The notes: generated from the sequence alone by a model not told the origin. A stretch of DNA of 64,000 nt from Rhizophagus irregularis (GCF_026210795.1 NC_089433.1:3100001-3164000); one strand, 5' to 3'. Positions 47,353 through 61,418 are shown, numbered from the stretch's first letter. Translations and numbers: made by a program.

Positions 47353-48437
47353 GATATTGGAATTATTTTGAAAATTAAAAATATTAGGAATGATTTATAA
47401 ATACATTATACAGTATATATGATGATAATTAATGCCCTATGAAAAAATTCTGTGTGATTTCTGTTGAAAAATCATCCAATTAAATTTACTACGATTTTAA
47501 TACGATTTTCACTATAATTTCACTATGATCTCTGCACATTTGATCATAAAATAAAATGTGCTAAAAATTGCAATAAAATCACATCATTGTATGGTAATTC
47601 ATAAATTTTTAAAGTGAAATTATAAAATTTTTATTAGTTTAAAATATAAAAATATACAAAATACTTCATAAGTTACATATTTATTAGTAATGAAAGAAAG
47701 TAAATTAGTAATGATACCCAGTAAAAATGTATTTGCATAAATTTGTACCAAATTTGTGCATCATATAAAGGATGAGCCCGTTTGGAACAAAATTTGATTG
47801 GATTGCTTAATAATTTTTTGAGATCGATTTTTCTTAAATATGAAAATTTCCCCTTTTAATCAAAATATATTCATTTCTAGGTGCAATTTAGCAAAATAAT
47901 CAACTTTATTAGGTTATGAAGATATATAAAGCTCATGTTAGACCATATAATATGAAAATTTTCGATTTTAACTAAATTTGGCCAACATTATAAATTCGGC
48001 CAGAATCAAGATAATTTTGGCCCACCCATTCAAAATCCCATATCCGATCCCATCCCATCCCATTCCAAATCCCAAATCCCATACCCATTCCAATCCCAAA
48101 CCAGTCCCAATCCCATCCCATCCCAAATCCCAAATCCCATTCCAAATCTCATTTAAAATATTTATAGATTGTGTAATTTTTTTAATATAAAACTTTATTT
48201 AAATAATGTAATTCTAATGTTTTAGCTATTTTCTTTTGAATTGTTAAAAAATTTTTGCTAAATAATGGTTTAATTTTCTCCTACCGGCCAAAATTAAATA
48301 ATTGGCATAACAATTTCCTTTTTGGAATCATGTGTAATAAAAAAATAAATTTTCCTTTTTGGAAATTTGTGTAACGTCACGTTAGTGTTACAATCCGGAT
48401 GAATCCTACTTGCCACCCATATTAATATGGGATATGG

Positions 48438-51400
48438 ATGTTGAAAAAAACTCTCTCCCCTTTCCATTTTTTTTACTATAAATCTGCAGTAGACACTTAT
48501 TTTCACACACTGTTTTAAAGAGGAACTAAGGACCACGGGGTGGCCTTAACGGAAAGTCCTCCTCTTATAACCCTCAGTTATTTAGTCCTTGAGAGAAATG
48601 CAGGTCGAAATACAACCTGCTTTCCTTAAGGCTGAACCACGCAGTTCAGCTAACGTTTTTTCTCTTTCAACACCTCAAAAAAAATTAAAAAATTCTTTTC
48701 TTATTTCTTTTAAAAAATTTCACGTGACCCGTTCTAATCAAGCAGGCAGTAACAAGATTTATGAGATTAACCGGTTAAAAAGTTTCTTTCTTGAGCTTGC
48801 AGATCAACCGCAAAGCACCAATGATATTCACCTCAAGATTTACACAAATGATTACCACATAAAATCAACCCTGATTAGCTATAACTCCACAAGCCTCTTA
48901 CCCAACATCAAATTCCAAGTGAGCACAATGCTGACTCATTTTTTTCTCATCAATATGTTATTCCCCGACGCATACAACAAAAATATTTTCAACTTATCCG
49001 GTCAAAATTACTGGATAGAATTGATATGATAAAATCACGTGGTAACAATACACAACACTGAAATACCTCTACAAAAACATTTTTTAATTTTTCATACAAA
49101 CGTTATCATTTTTACTTTGGGATTTATATCCCGTGTAATCATATCACCTGACAAAATCTTTCTAATCAAATTCACTCTACGTGTGCCATTCCTACACCAT
49201 TTATCATGTCCAATTTAAGACGTGCTTGTATTAATCATCAGATACACTTGGAACGATACAGCTTTACTAAAACACTTAAACCTTTATTAACCATTTAGTC
49301 TTCAGAATTAGATACTCCAACCACTGACAACTTACAATCTTGGAATAATCACAAGATTAAGAAACCTCATAAATTACATCACGCGGCACTTCTCTTCAAA
49401 TGATGGAACGATAAAACAATTAAAGAAGTTCGTTCCAACAGACAAGGTACCTCATACTGTGTACGTTATATGGCATATAATGCTAGACATCCAAACCGTC
49501 TCAAGGGTACTTCCATGTATCGTAAAGAACTCTTTAACTTCAACACAAACTTCAGTCACCACGCTTCAGTCAGACATTAACAAAATGAAAGACTTCACAG
49601 ACATCAACGTCGAGTCGCAAAGTTGTTTGAAAACTCACTTGCGACTATAATAGAATCACAACTCGAACAAGGCAAATCATCAGGAAAAGGATTCAACATC
49701 TATTTAATATAAATCACAATGAGTTTCAATTTTAGGATGATTATTCTTTTTCCATCTCGTTACCACCATCTTACACCCGTACGATGTGCAACGATCTGTT
49801 TAATGACACTTTATTTACAGCCTGGTCATCTACCTTTTAAACAATGACTCACTCACAGCTTCAACCTCCCAACCTGTTGCATCGTCCTCACAATCCTTTA
49901 CTCCACAGCACCAGATTTTGAGGGAGACTCCTCATGTTGTTAACGTTAAAACAAGACCTCTAATTAAGGAATTACCTACTGCATCTAGACATGAACGCTC
50001 TAATACTTTGGAAACTCTTGTTTCCATTCCCACTTCTGCAAAGATTGCTTCTCCACCTCTAATTCCCTACACCCCTAAATGGTTCTTAGCTACTGGTTTA
50101 ATCTCCCAGTCTACATATGACAATTATATCGACAAATCTACAAATATACAGAATAGCAGTGCTTAGTATGGCACCGCTATCCCTTATTTTATTAACTTCT
50201 TTCAACCAACTGATCACCCAGTCGACTCAAGACTGAAAAAACGCAAGGCTTACCTTTCTGATGTCCGGGATCTACTCAATCTCCATAACTCAGTTCTTCG
50301 AACTAAAAGATTAAAGTTATCACTGGATTTTTTACCTGTTCTCGCTAATGCCCTTGGGCCTTAGTTTTAATACCTTTTTTTATATATATTAGTCCGCCGA
50401 CTGTTTTTTTATATAGACTCCCAGTTGGCTATACTATAGTTTTTTCTTTTTTCTTTTTCTCTTTTCATTTATTTGTATTTTTTGGAGTCATTACACACCC
50501 GTTTCAATATATATTACCCCATTTAAAACAACTTAAAATAGTGTGAACCATTTCACCTCTAACAGTATTTACAGGTGGCGGCCTTTATGGTCGAAAGAAA
50601 AATATGGGTCTTCTCTCATGTACAGATACCCTCTAATTGTTATTGATAATTAGACTGTGAAAGATAGGCATCGACGATGAGATCCCCCAATTACCTCTGT
50701 CATCAATTTACAGAGTTGCCACATCGAACGGGCATTCTCATGGTCAAACGAACGAATAAACGAACGAACGAACAATTAAACGAATAAACAAGTTAATAAA
50801 CAACAACATAAAACAACATTCTTGGTTCACAAAATAAATAGCGTTAGTAATATAAAACGTTGAACAATATAAAATAAATTTAACTTCTCTGAATTTTCCC
50901 CAAATTATATCCACTTTTACCTTTAATTTCAAACTTCGATAGCTCTCGCTACGAATTATTACTTTTCAAAAATGTATATTTAATTCATCTTAAAATTTTC
51001 ATTTTATTCAATTAAAATTAATTAAGCAAACATTAATCAAAGTTTAGGGTGAACCTATTACCTTTAATTAATATTAAACTTTACTAACAAATAATTAAAT
51101 GAAACTTATATTTTTATTGAGTTCCGTGGATGAGAACTATGGAATTACTTTGAATTCCGCTCTCTATTTATACAAATTTTATGCTACTTTCTATTCTATC
51201 TATATATTATCTTTGAACTATCTTTCTAATATGCTATCTATATTTTAAATACGCTATCTTTTAATATGCTATCTTTTATATATGTTCTTTTTAATATGTT
51301 ATCTTTTACGTTCCATCTTTATACTATCTTTTTATATTATCTTTTATATTATTTTATGTTCTTTAATCTTTTTGACATTATTTTATATGTTCTTTTAATT

Positions 51401-51832
51401 CGCTTTATGTGTTTTGCTTATAATCTATCTTTTGTGGCTTATAATTATTCTTTCTAATCGTTCTTATTGTTAAAGATTGCTAAGCCGCAATTGATCGACT
51501 CTAATTATTCTATTGGTTCTTTGTCAATCATTCGATAAATATTACATCATGTAGATCATTACTCTTCCTAAATGTTTATCCTTTTCAGCTAATTATTTAT
51601 CCATCTACGTCAATTCATAATTAATTTGTTCGTTCACAATATTTGGCAATTACATTTGGTGATTGAATTTTATCATCTTTTCATGCTTGATATTTGACCG
51701 TTTACAATGACTTTTGCGAAAGTTAGTTTCAGAATACGCACATGGAATATAGTTAGCCTATAGTTTTAGTGCTCTTTCCTACGGCCTTTTCTGGCCCAAT
51801 CGATGTCAATTTATTGATAAAATAAAAAAAAA
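48438..51832 (+). mobile_element. Probable non-LTR (TPRT-type) insertion, non-autonomous or degraded
   Basis: 15-bp direct repeat TAATATGGGATATGG at 48423-48437 and 51833-51847; A-rich 3' tail; decayed plus-strand ORF at ~49000-50360; no RT motifs. Confidence 0.7.
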
Positions 51833-52101
51833 TAATATGGGATATGGGACAAAAAAAGTTTTATGCCATTTATAAAAAATTGAACTAGTAAATTATGTCT
51901 GGTAAACATACTCTGGTATTTATGATATTATATAAATTTTATTTAAGAAAAAATTATTAGTAAAATTGTTGGATATTTGAATATGAGATATGGGATTTTG
52001 TATTTCATATATAGTTTACCCATTCTATTCATCTATCATCTTTCTTTCTATTTTATCCATCACTTCCTTTTCCAATTCTTTCTTTTCATCACATCCCCTG
52101 C

Positions 52102-52398
52102 AGGACCCCGGATATCTAATATAAAGGTCATAATGGACTTTTGGCCAAAAACACCCCTTTTTGCTGAAACTCAAAAAATCGTTTTTTGTAAATATCTCAG
52201 CATCCAGTAATTCAATTTTAATGAACATTTTTTTATTTTGTAGCCCTCATTTAGCTCTACAATTTAAAAAAAAGTTCATCAAAATTGGACTACTGGATGC
52301 CGAGATATTTACAAAAAACGATTTTTTGAGCCCCTGAAAAATGGGCCAATCTGCCGAAAGTGTGACTTATGACCTGTTTTGGAGATATCCGGGGTCCT
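52102..52398. mobile_element. Fold-back MITE with AGGACCCCG termini (297 bp)
   Basis: TIR AGGACCCCGGATATCT, 8-bp TSD TCCCCTGC, internal long inverted repeat. Confidence 0.9.
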
Positions 52399-52927
52399 TC
52401 CCCTGCCATTTATCCATCACTTCCCTTTTAATTCTTTCTCTTCATTACCTTTCCTTCTATTTTGTTTATTAGTTTACTGTACATTATAGAAAAAAAAATA
52501 GACAAAAAAACCAAAATTTCCTCTAAACTTATTTAAGCTAACAAAATAAATTTTAGTAATCAAAATCTGCTGATCAAATTGTCCGATTTATGGCAACACA
52601 GGATCAGCTACCCGACCAAATCGTTCAAGCTAACAAAAACAGAATAGATCAAGCGCAGGTTGCACAATTCAAAAATTATTTATACAAAGTAAACTAAACG
52701 TTACAGATCGATATGAATTTTTTTAATTGTTTAGAAGATGATTAATGATAGATAGAAGATGATGATAATAATAATAATAATAATAATAATAAAATTTGTG
52801 TGCACCTGTGCAGGGACCCATTCACATTACCGATAATTATTTTACCAACAATCATTTTACCGATACTCACTTTACTGACAGGTACATTTTACCAACAATC
52901 ATATTACCGACAATCACTTACCGACAG

Positions 52928-55505
52928 TGTAACCATAATATCAGAGTAAATGCACAATTAAGAGAATAATAGATTGAAAAAATAAGTAATTAGGAAAATA
53001 AATAGTTTATGCGATGTGATATTAGTTTAGTTTATTATAGTTATATTTTAGTTATAGTTAAGATACTTTATTAATTTAGGAAATTGATTAGTGGCACAGT
53101 AAGTCACATGATTTGCTTGGTCACGTGATTTTGCATAACCTGAGGTTACACAGGATAATTAGAAGTTTGGTCACGTGATTTTGCATAACCTGAGGTTACA
53201 TAGGATAATTAGAAGTTTGGTCACGTGATTTTGTATAACCTAAGGGTAGTACAGATAGACGGTACCACAATGATGTAATTGTGCTACAAGGAAGAAAATT
53301 AAAAGAAAGGAACGAAAAGAAAAGAACGAAAAGAAAAGAATGGAAAAAAAAGAACAAAAAGAAAAGAACAAAAAGAAAAGAACGGAAAGAAAAGAACAAA
53401 AAGAAAAGAACGGAAAGAAAAGAACAAAAAGAAAAGAACGGAAAGAAAAGAACAAAAAGAAAAGAACGGAAAGAAAAGAACAAAAAGAAAGAAATGGAAA
53501 GAAAGGAACGGAAAGAAAGGAAAGAATAGGATTACAGAAAAGAAGAAGGATAGAAATAGGATTAGTAAATAATTTAGAATACGATGAAAAAGTATAAAAA
53601 GGGTAGATCATATGTGCCGATTTTTGGAATTAGTCTAAATTAAGATTTTTATAAAAATTTAATATTTTAGTAAGATTAACATTACACAAATCTAAATTAA
53701 ATATGTGTTACATATTTACGTAACTCAGATTTAATAAAAAATAAAAAAAATTTTTTTAATCAATATTCAAAAATAACGGTAATAACCACTTCTTTTTCCC
53801 CATCACTCCCATCACTTTTCCATCATTTTTCTATTCACTTTTATTAAATATGACAAAAAAGTTTATAAGCAAATATAGCAGTTATTTTTAAGTGGTAAGT
53901 AAAAGAAAAAACTTAATATTTTATATACATAGATAAGACATATTTTTTCATAATTTTTAGCTTTAATTTATTGTTTTTTCTTTGTAAAAAATACATGCAA
54001 ATAAAAAATAATTATGATGTAAAATAGTTGTAAAATGAATAATAAGATATTCTTTTTTTTTCAAAATAACTAATTATATATTTGTTTTTTATCTTTTAAA
54101 ATTATTTTATTAGATTTATTCTACTAAAATCCTTAAATGGCAAATAAAATCTTTTAAATAAAGTAAAAGAATTTGGGATTCTCTTATAAAAGCATTTTTT
54201 GGTAAAAAATAAAATTTTCAGATCGGACTTTATGCAGGTGACAAAATCGTGCATTATTATTCCTAGAGATATGCTAACGTCATCATTTTACATTCATTTG
54301 AAAGCTGAGAATTTGCTCTATCATACTAAGAATCAAAGATCAGGAAAATTGGATCACTGGATGAGGCGTAATTAACGATCAAAGTCAAATCAAATTTAAA
54401 AATTAAAAATAAATATATTAGACGTAATTATTCACAATCCAGTGATTTAATTCATTCGATTTTAGGCTTATTAGATAGACCTCAATTTTCTCTTTCAAAT
54501 GAATATAATTTCATTCGTGTAGCTTGCATCTACAGGTATTTAATAAATTTTTTTATATCAGATTTTATCAAACTTATAAAATTTTATATTAATAATATAA
54601 TTGATGATTCCTAAACATCTACATATATTAAACGAATTATTTTAAATTTATTTTAAAGATAAAAGTTGGCATCACCTTAGGGAGCAAAGATCATTCAAAT
54701 TGAATCACTATATGTGAAGTAATTAATGATCAAATTTAGATAAAATTCAATAATATACTGAACGTGATTACTGAACAACTAGTGATTCAATTCACTTGAT
54801 TTTAGATTCATTAGATAGATCTCGATTTTCTCTTTCAAATGAATGTAAATTTATTTGTATAGCTTATTTCCACGAAGAATTATCAATGATTTTGTCATGA
54901 GAGTTATATTTGATCTTTTAAATTTTAATATATCTTATATTAAAAAAAAATTAAAAATTATATAATTAATTAGTTTTTTTTGCATTATCTGGTATAAATA
55001 TATTATTCTTATATAAATGATAATTTATATTTGCTTTAATAAAATTATTTTTGTGTAAAAAAATTAGATTCCAAGGATCGGCCCATATGTTTTGGTTTTA
55101 GTAAAAAATAGTTCTTTTAGGAACTCAAAAATAAAATATGTTATAAGAAAATATAATAGGTTCGCCCTAATGTTAGTATTATAATATTGTTTTATTAATT
55201 ATTAAAAGTTATTTTCAAATATGCTTATTGTTCGCTTAAGCTATTAGTTAATATTTACATTTTGTAAAAATAAAATAATAAAGAAAATGGGAAATAAAGA
55301 TAATATTTTGTAAAAGGAAATTATTGAAGTTTGAAAAGAAAAATAATAATAAATTGCGTGGCGGAAGCTATCACAGTTTGAAAATTAAGTTAATAAAAGA
55401 TGTTAAATTAAAATATAAACCAAGCATAAGAATATTAATGTTTCATTAAGAAACAAAGATAAATTTAGGTGAATTGTTATTAGCAGGTAGCAGATGCCGG
55501 TGACA
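52928..55505. mobile_element. Possible solo LTR or LTR-derived insertion within a TTACCGACA repeat array
   Basis: TGTAAC...GTGACA ends; flanks ACAG/ACAA; the interrupted repeat array (52812-52927) resumes at 55506. Confidence 0.5.
53119..53530. repeat. 50-bp tandem repeat (GGTCACGTGATTTTG...) followed by a purine-rich AAAAGAAC minisatellite
   Basis: Directly visible; accounts for the spurious K/R- and F/S-rich ORFs. Confidence 0.88.
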
Positions 55506-55989
55506 ACAAGTACATTTTACTGACAATCATTTTACTGACAAAATAATAATAATGCAATTTATATGTAATAAAATAAAGTAATATAGAATTATTTATCTAT
55601 TTATCTTGGTTTTATTTATTATTATTAAAATAAAACTTTATTAGTTTATTATTATGGGCGTTACTACCTGGCGACCCGTCACCATGGCAACCCCATGTTT
55701 TTTTACTTGTAATTTGGTGATTTTTAATATTCTAATTTTCGTTGATTTTGTAAATTGTGATATTTGAATTTTATTGATTTCGTGACCTTTTATATTCAGT
55801 TTTATTGGCAGCACAATGATAACAATGAAAAAAATTCTTTATTAAGTATAAAATTTTTGCAAAACGTAAAATTTGTAAAATTTCATGATTTACTAAAGTG
55901 TTACACCAAGTAATCATGCAATGCACAGCAATTTAACAATTTGAAAAAAAAATAAATGATCCTGGACTTTTTTAACGAAAAAAGTTACT

Positions 55990-56890
55990 CTACGAAGAAC
56001 TTGAACTTGAAGAACTTGAACTTGAAGAACTTAATAAACTTGAAGAACCTGAACTTGAAGAACTTGAACTTAAAAAACTTAAACTTATTTCTTCTCCTTC
56101 ATTATCGACTTCTTCATTATCAACAAAACATCTTTCTTCATCCTCCTTCCCTTGATCCTCTTGATTACTTAAACTTATTTCTTCTCCTTCATTATCAACT
56201 TCTTCATTATCAACAAAACATCCTTCTTCATTCTCCTTCCCTTGATCTCCTTGATTACTATCAATTAATGCTAGATCATAATTTGCAAAACTTGCCGCTG
56301 AACTCAAACTGAATTTTGCCTGAGCCGCTTGATTTGCTCTATGCATCCTATCGTATTCAGTTTCTAAATATTATTTGAAAACTTAAAATTACACTCTGTA
56401 AAATTCAAATAAATAAAAGGTCATAGATAATATTTACCTGGCTTCTGCCAGAATTCTGTTTTAAACTCTTCATAGTACATTTCGCCATTTCTGCTATTTT
56501 TGCCACCTGGTATTGAGTGAATATAATTATACATCGCCTAATAAAAAAAATGTTTAATTGATACTTAAGAGAAAATAAGAAACAATCAATATAATAACAG
56601 TTATAATATAGTATATTTACTCGGTAATCTTTTAATACGTCATTAAATTTTTGGTTACATTGCTGCACTGAATAATTTGACCTGAATCGCTAATTTATCT
56701 TGCCGGCAACCTCCTTCCAAAATGGTCGTTTGACATGACCAATATGATGAAAACGTTCATTGTCTGTTTTTCGTAGGTTAATAAGCATACGGACCTCATC
56801 GTTGTTCCACTACAGTAAAAAAATATAAAATTATTTTGAAATTTGATTGTAAGTATTGTGTTATCTACTATTACTTACATTCGTTACCAT
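55990..56890 (-). pseudogene. Second Myb/SANT-like gene (4 exons, one premature TAG), paralogous to 14783-15407
   Basis: MVTN|WNNDEVRMLINLRK...FWKEVAGKIN*RFRSNYSVQQCNQKFNDVLKDYR|...RNGEMYYEEFKTEFWQKP|; two intron positions shared with the first gene. Confidence 0.78.
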
Positions 56891-57499
56891 TATTGAGATT
56901 TTTGAAAAATAAGCGAAAATGTTTAAGAAGTTTTTTTAGGAAAGGAAATTTTTCAAAGAAAAAAAATTTGAATATTTTCAGGGAAATTTTTTTTTGAAAA
57001 TTTTTTGAGGAAAAAAATTAAAAAATTTGAATAAAACTACAAACTCATTTAAGGAAATTGACTCTTTAAATAAAAAAAATCTCATAGATAATTAATATCA
57101 TAGATGATCGATAATATCAAATTTTTTTATAAGAAATGTCTAATAATGATGTAATGTCGTGAAATAAAATTTTCTCAAAAAAAATGACTAATAATTTACT
57201 ACCAGAATTAAAAAATTTTATTCGACGCTTAATTACGTTCTCTCCTTGTTTCACCCACGATACATACTAGCAATTTAATATAATTTTACTATTAATTTAG
57301 TAGATTTTCCTCACGATTCTCCCACAATTCTCCCATAATTCTCCCATGATTCTCCCATGATTCTTCCTCGATTTTCTCATGATTCTCCAACAATTGACTG
57401 TATTCGTCTCGCGTTCTACTCACGTTCACATGATGTAAGATATTGTAATGGCATAAGATTAAATTAATCAATCCTTATCAGATGACAAATAATCAGAAT

Positions 57500-60400
57500 T
57501 CAACTCATTTCTTCGCTATTATCCTGATTTTCTTTTTCCTTTCCCTTACAAGTTTTACTATTATGGCAGGACCCCGAATAATACTGATATAACTCACAAA
57601 TGGGTTTGTGTAGAGTTTATATGAAATTACTTTTTAAACCCATAAATTGAGTTTGCGTAGATCGGTCAATTTTGGGATAACTCACATATCACGTTTGCGT
57701 AGAGTTTATAAATATATTGCATTATATGTTGATCAATTGTATAATATTGATAAAAATTAAGTTGCGCAAAACCATTAAGGATGGGTCTGTAATATATTTA
57801 TGAAGTTTGCAATATTACGGATTTTGGTAATTAATTATATATAGTAACAAAAAGTAATGCATTTCGCATTATTTTAATATTTTTTAATAAAAAAAAAGTG
57901 CGAAATGCACTACTTTAACAAAAAATGGTGAATTTCGCACCATTTTATTAACATTTTAATAGAAAAAAGTGCGAAACACACAATTTTAATAAATAATTGG
58001 TGAGTTTCGCACCATTTAATTAATATTTTAATATAAAAAAGTGCGAAACGTACCATTTTATTAATATTTTAATAGAAAAAGTGCGAAACGCACCATTTTA
58101 TTAATAATTTAATAGAAAAGTGCGAAACACACCATTTTAACAAAAAAATCGGGAGTTTCGCACATTTTATTAATATTTTAATATAAAAAAGTGCGAAACG
58201 CACCATTTTAACAAAAAAATGGAGAGTTTCGCACCATTTTATTAATATTTTAATATAAAAAAGTGCAAAACGCACCATTTTGACAAATAAATGGAGAGTT
58301 TCGCACCATTTTATTAATATTTTAATATAAAAAAGTGCGAAACGCACCATTTTGACAAATAAATGGAGAGTTTCGCACCATTTTATTAATATTTTAATAT
58401 AAAAAAGTGCGAAACGCACTATTTTAACAAATAAATGGTGAGTTTCGCATGATATTATTAATATTTTAATAGAAAAAGTGCGAAACGCACCATTTTAACA
58501 AATAAATGGTGATTTTCGCACCATTTTATTAATATTTTAATAGAAAAAAGTGCGAAACACACTATTTTAATATAAAATGGTGAGGTTTGCATGATTTTAT
58601 TAATATTTTAATAGAAAAAATGTGAAATGAATTATATTAGTAACAAAAATTTTTTTGAACTAAGATTTGGATTTGCGTAGCGTTACTATGAAAAAAAAGT
58701 TGCGTAAAGTTAATTGTAAATGCATGCCGATCATTTGTGAGCTATATTAGTATTATTCGGGGTCCTATTATGGCCCAATTGTTTACATATTTTACAACTA
58801 TATTGACTCTTATTACTGGATTCTTCTAAAGCACCCTTTGTACTTTTTAATTTGGGACGACCTTTTGGAATTCAAGCAACAGGATTTTGAATTCCCACAA
58901 TATTAACATTAACATTGTTATTATTATGAAAAATTCTCTGCCTTCTTTGCTGAATTGATTAAAGAAAATTAAGAACTTCATTATAAGTTTCTTCGTCACC
59001 ATCCTTGATTACATCTGATATTATTTTCCTTCCTAAGCCAAAAAGTTCACCAAATTTACGTTTTTTTGAGATAACTTTTGAAACTTCGATATCTCCTATT
59101 TGAGATGATTCCATTTGGATAGCATCTATAGAATCAGGGCTCAGAAATTGTGATGGAAGTATATGGTTCTCTCTTGGTAGTAAATTTGAAATGATGACAA
59201 ATTCATAACTTGATATATTTTTTCCTTGTAATGACTCTTTGTACCAACGGTTATTAATAAGACTGATATGAAATCTTGCAATAAGTGTTAAAGTCATCAC
59301 ACGATAAAAATGATGGCAGGGGTATCCAAGTGTCTTAAAAGCCATACACGTACAAAGAAATGTACTATTATCTAAAAGGCATATGAAATGAGATGTATTT
59401 GGGTTAACCAAATGGTTAACCTCCCAAATTTCAAAAACTTGGGAAATATTTACAAGAAATAAACTCAATTGTGCTTATGAACAGTCAAACAAATTATCAA
59501 TGCAATGCTCTGACTCAACAAACTCCTACGAAAAGAAATTTGGTAACTAAAGATTTTTTTGATATTAACCTTTAGTGATATTTATGACTTTGAGTATTAT
59601 TTACCTTTTCTCTAGGATGTGCATTTTTCAATACAATTTGTACAGCATGATAACAAAGACTTAAGTCCATTTATTCTTCCTGTTTTTTTATAATATTTGG
59701 GGAGACGAATTCGGTTAGTTGTTTTACAACAAGTCCGAAAATGGATTTAAACACATTTTTTGGACTGATTTGTGGTACAGACTTCTTCCAACTAACAAAA
59801 TTACAATAATCATTCTCCTCTTGATACCTCTCTTCTAATGCATCAAACAATTCACATAACGAAAGACTTGAATTTCTAAAAAGTCGTTTTAATGTTGAAT
59901 TTTCACCTTCACTACGAAAAGTAGATTGCACACCAGCAGTAAAATATTTATTAGTGAATGCACGAGCCCATGATTGTGGATTCTGTCCTAAAGATCTGTT
60001 TAAGTAATCTTTAGATTCTGGATAATTTTGTGATAACGTATCCCACCTTTATCGAATAAATGTATAATTACAATATATAACAAAAAGACAAAACAAAGTG
60101 ATCAATACCTTTCATAAATCAATACCTTTCATAAAACTGTCCTTCCGTTAGACTATTCCTTGCTTTATAAAAATCTTTTATGAAATCATTATAAGTTGAA
60201 CCCAACTTTCCCTTTAATTGCTTTGGCAAATTTTGGCTAATATGCCAAATACAATGCATATGAAAAGCATTGGGATATTGTATTATTACAGCAGCATTTA
60301 CAGCTGGATCGCCATTTGTTACAAAAACTTTTGGTGCAACACCTGTTGCTTCTTTTACATATTGAAAAACCCATTCGTACAAAAATTGTGATTCATCATC

Positions 60401-61418
60401 CACAATCGCTTGCGCTACAATTCGTGTCTTTAGATTATTATCTGGAGTAACAAAAAGAGACAATGGACGGTTATAATGATTGGTTTTGCACGTATTATCA
60501 TACATTATTACGTAATGATAATGCAGCCATAAGCTGCTCAGGAGTTATCCAAAAAAGATGAGTTAATGAACTGGTAGCTGAATCAAGTTTCATTGTAATT
60601 GCCCATCGTGGGTCTTCATCCTTTTTATCATAAAGTCTTTTTAGCAATGTTCCTGCGTCTTCTTCACCTGGTATTGCTTCACGACGAAACTTATCAATAG
60701 CATTATAAAGGTCTGTTTGAAATATTCTTGTTTTAAACTTTTTCCTGATTATTCTATATTGTACAGTTGCATTAACTTTAGCTACTACTGTTAAAAAACG
60801 TATTTCTTGAAGAATTTCCTCTGATAATTTTTGTAATGTTAGAACAAACCAACTTGCTAATGGACTAAGCTTATGTCCAACATGCTGATCTTTGAAAGTC
60901 GTTACCTCAAGATAATTTTTATCTTTTTTAGCCCATATATTGAGCTTCCATGGACAACCTACCCTACAAGAAGTTGATGCTTTTGACTCACCAGCATGCC
61001 AGCAAAGATAAGTTCTTTTTAATATTTGACAGGTTTCTTTGTCCACTCTTCCACCGCCACCAATTCTAACTCCATGTCCTTTAATAGAAGCGTATTATTG
61101 CATGAATTTTTCAACATATTCCCAACTTTGAAAAGTTTTACTGACATATATAGTAATTTCTGAAGAATTGGTTCCTGAACCTAAAGTTTCTGAAGTTTCT
61201 GATTCAGAAACTTCACAACTTTTGTTAGATTTATTACTAGTGCCTTCACTAATAGCATATAATAATAGCAGTATTATAGTATTATTAGTTTACTGATAGT
61301 AAAGATAAGTTATTTTTGACTAATTAAAGTCTATAAGTATATACCTATCACTGTCAAAAAATTCTTCTGCACTATTGTATTCCATTAACGCTTTCAATTC
61401 AAAATTTTGTTCTTCCAT
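57500..61418 (-). pseudogene. Degraded Mutator/MULE (FAR1-related) transposase
   Basis: FAR1-like domain (FQSWE..., SCRVGCPW...H), DNTCKTN, T(N)GDPAV, HMHCIWH, QSTFRSEGEN, SWIM CTC...PCHH, C-terminal CKICKQLGHN-SKTC; stops and frameshifts. Confidence 0.88.
57568..58766. mobile_element. 1.2-kb TIR element with AGGACCCCG termini inserted in the MULE zinc knuckle
   Basis: TIR AGGACCCCGAATAATACT, 8-bp TSD ATTATGGC, internal GTGCGAAACGCACCATTTT tandem repeats (57870-58630). Confidence 0.9.

Noticed and set aside
47978..48190. Pro-rich ORF or telomere-like CCCAT/CCCAAAT repeats
   Set aside because: Irregular low-complexity tract, not a true telomeric repeat and with no coding support
53196..53611. 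Four overlapping K/R-rich or F/S-rich ORFs
   Set aside because: Translation of a purine-rich minisatellite
58069..58419. 116-aa repetitive ORF
   Set aside because: Translation of the internal tandem repeat of the 57568-58766 element
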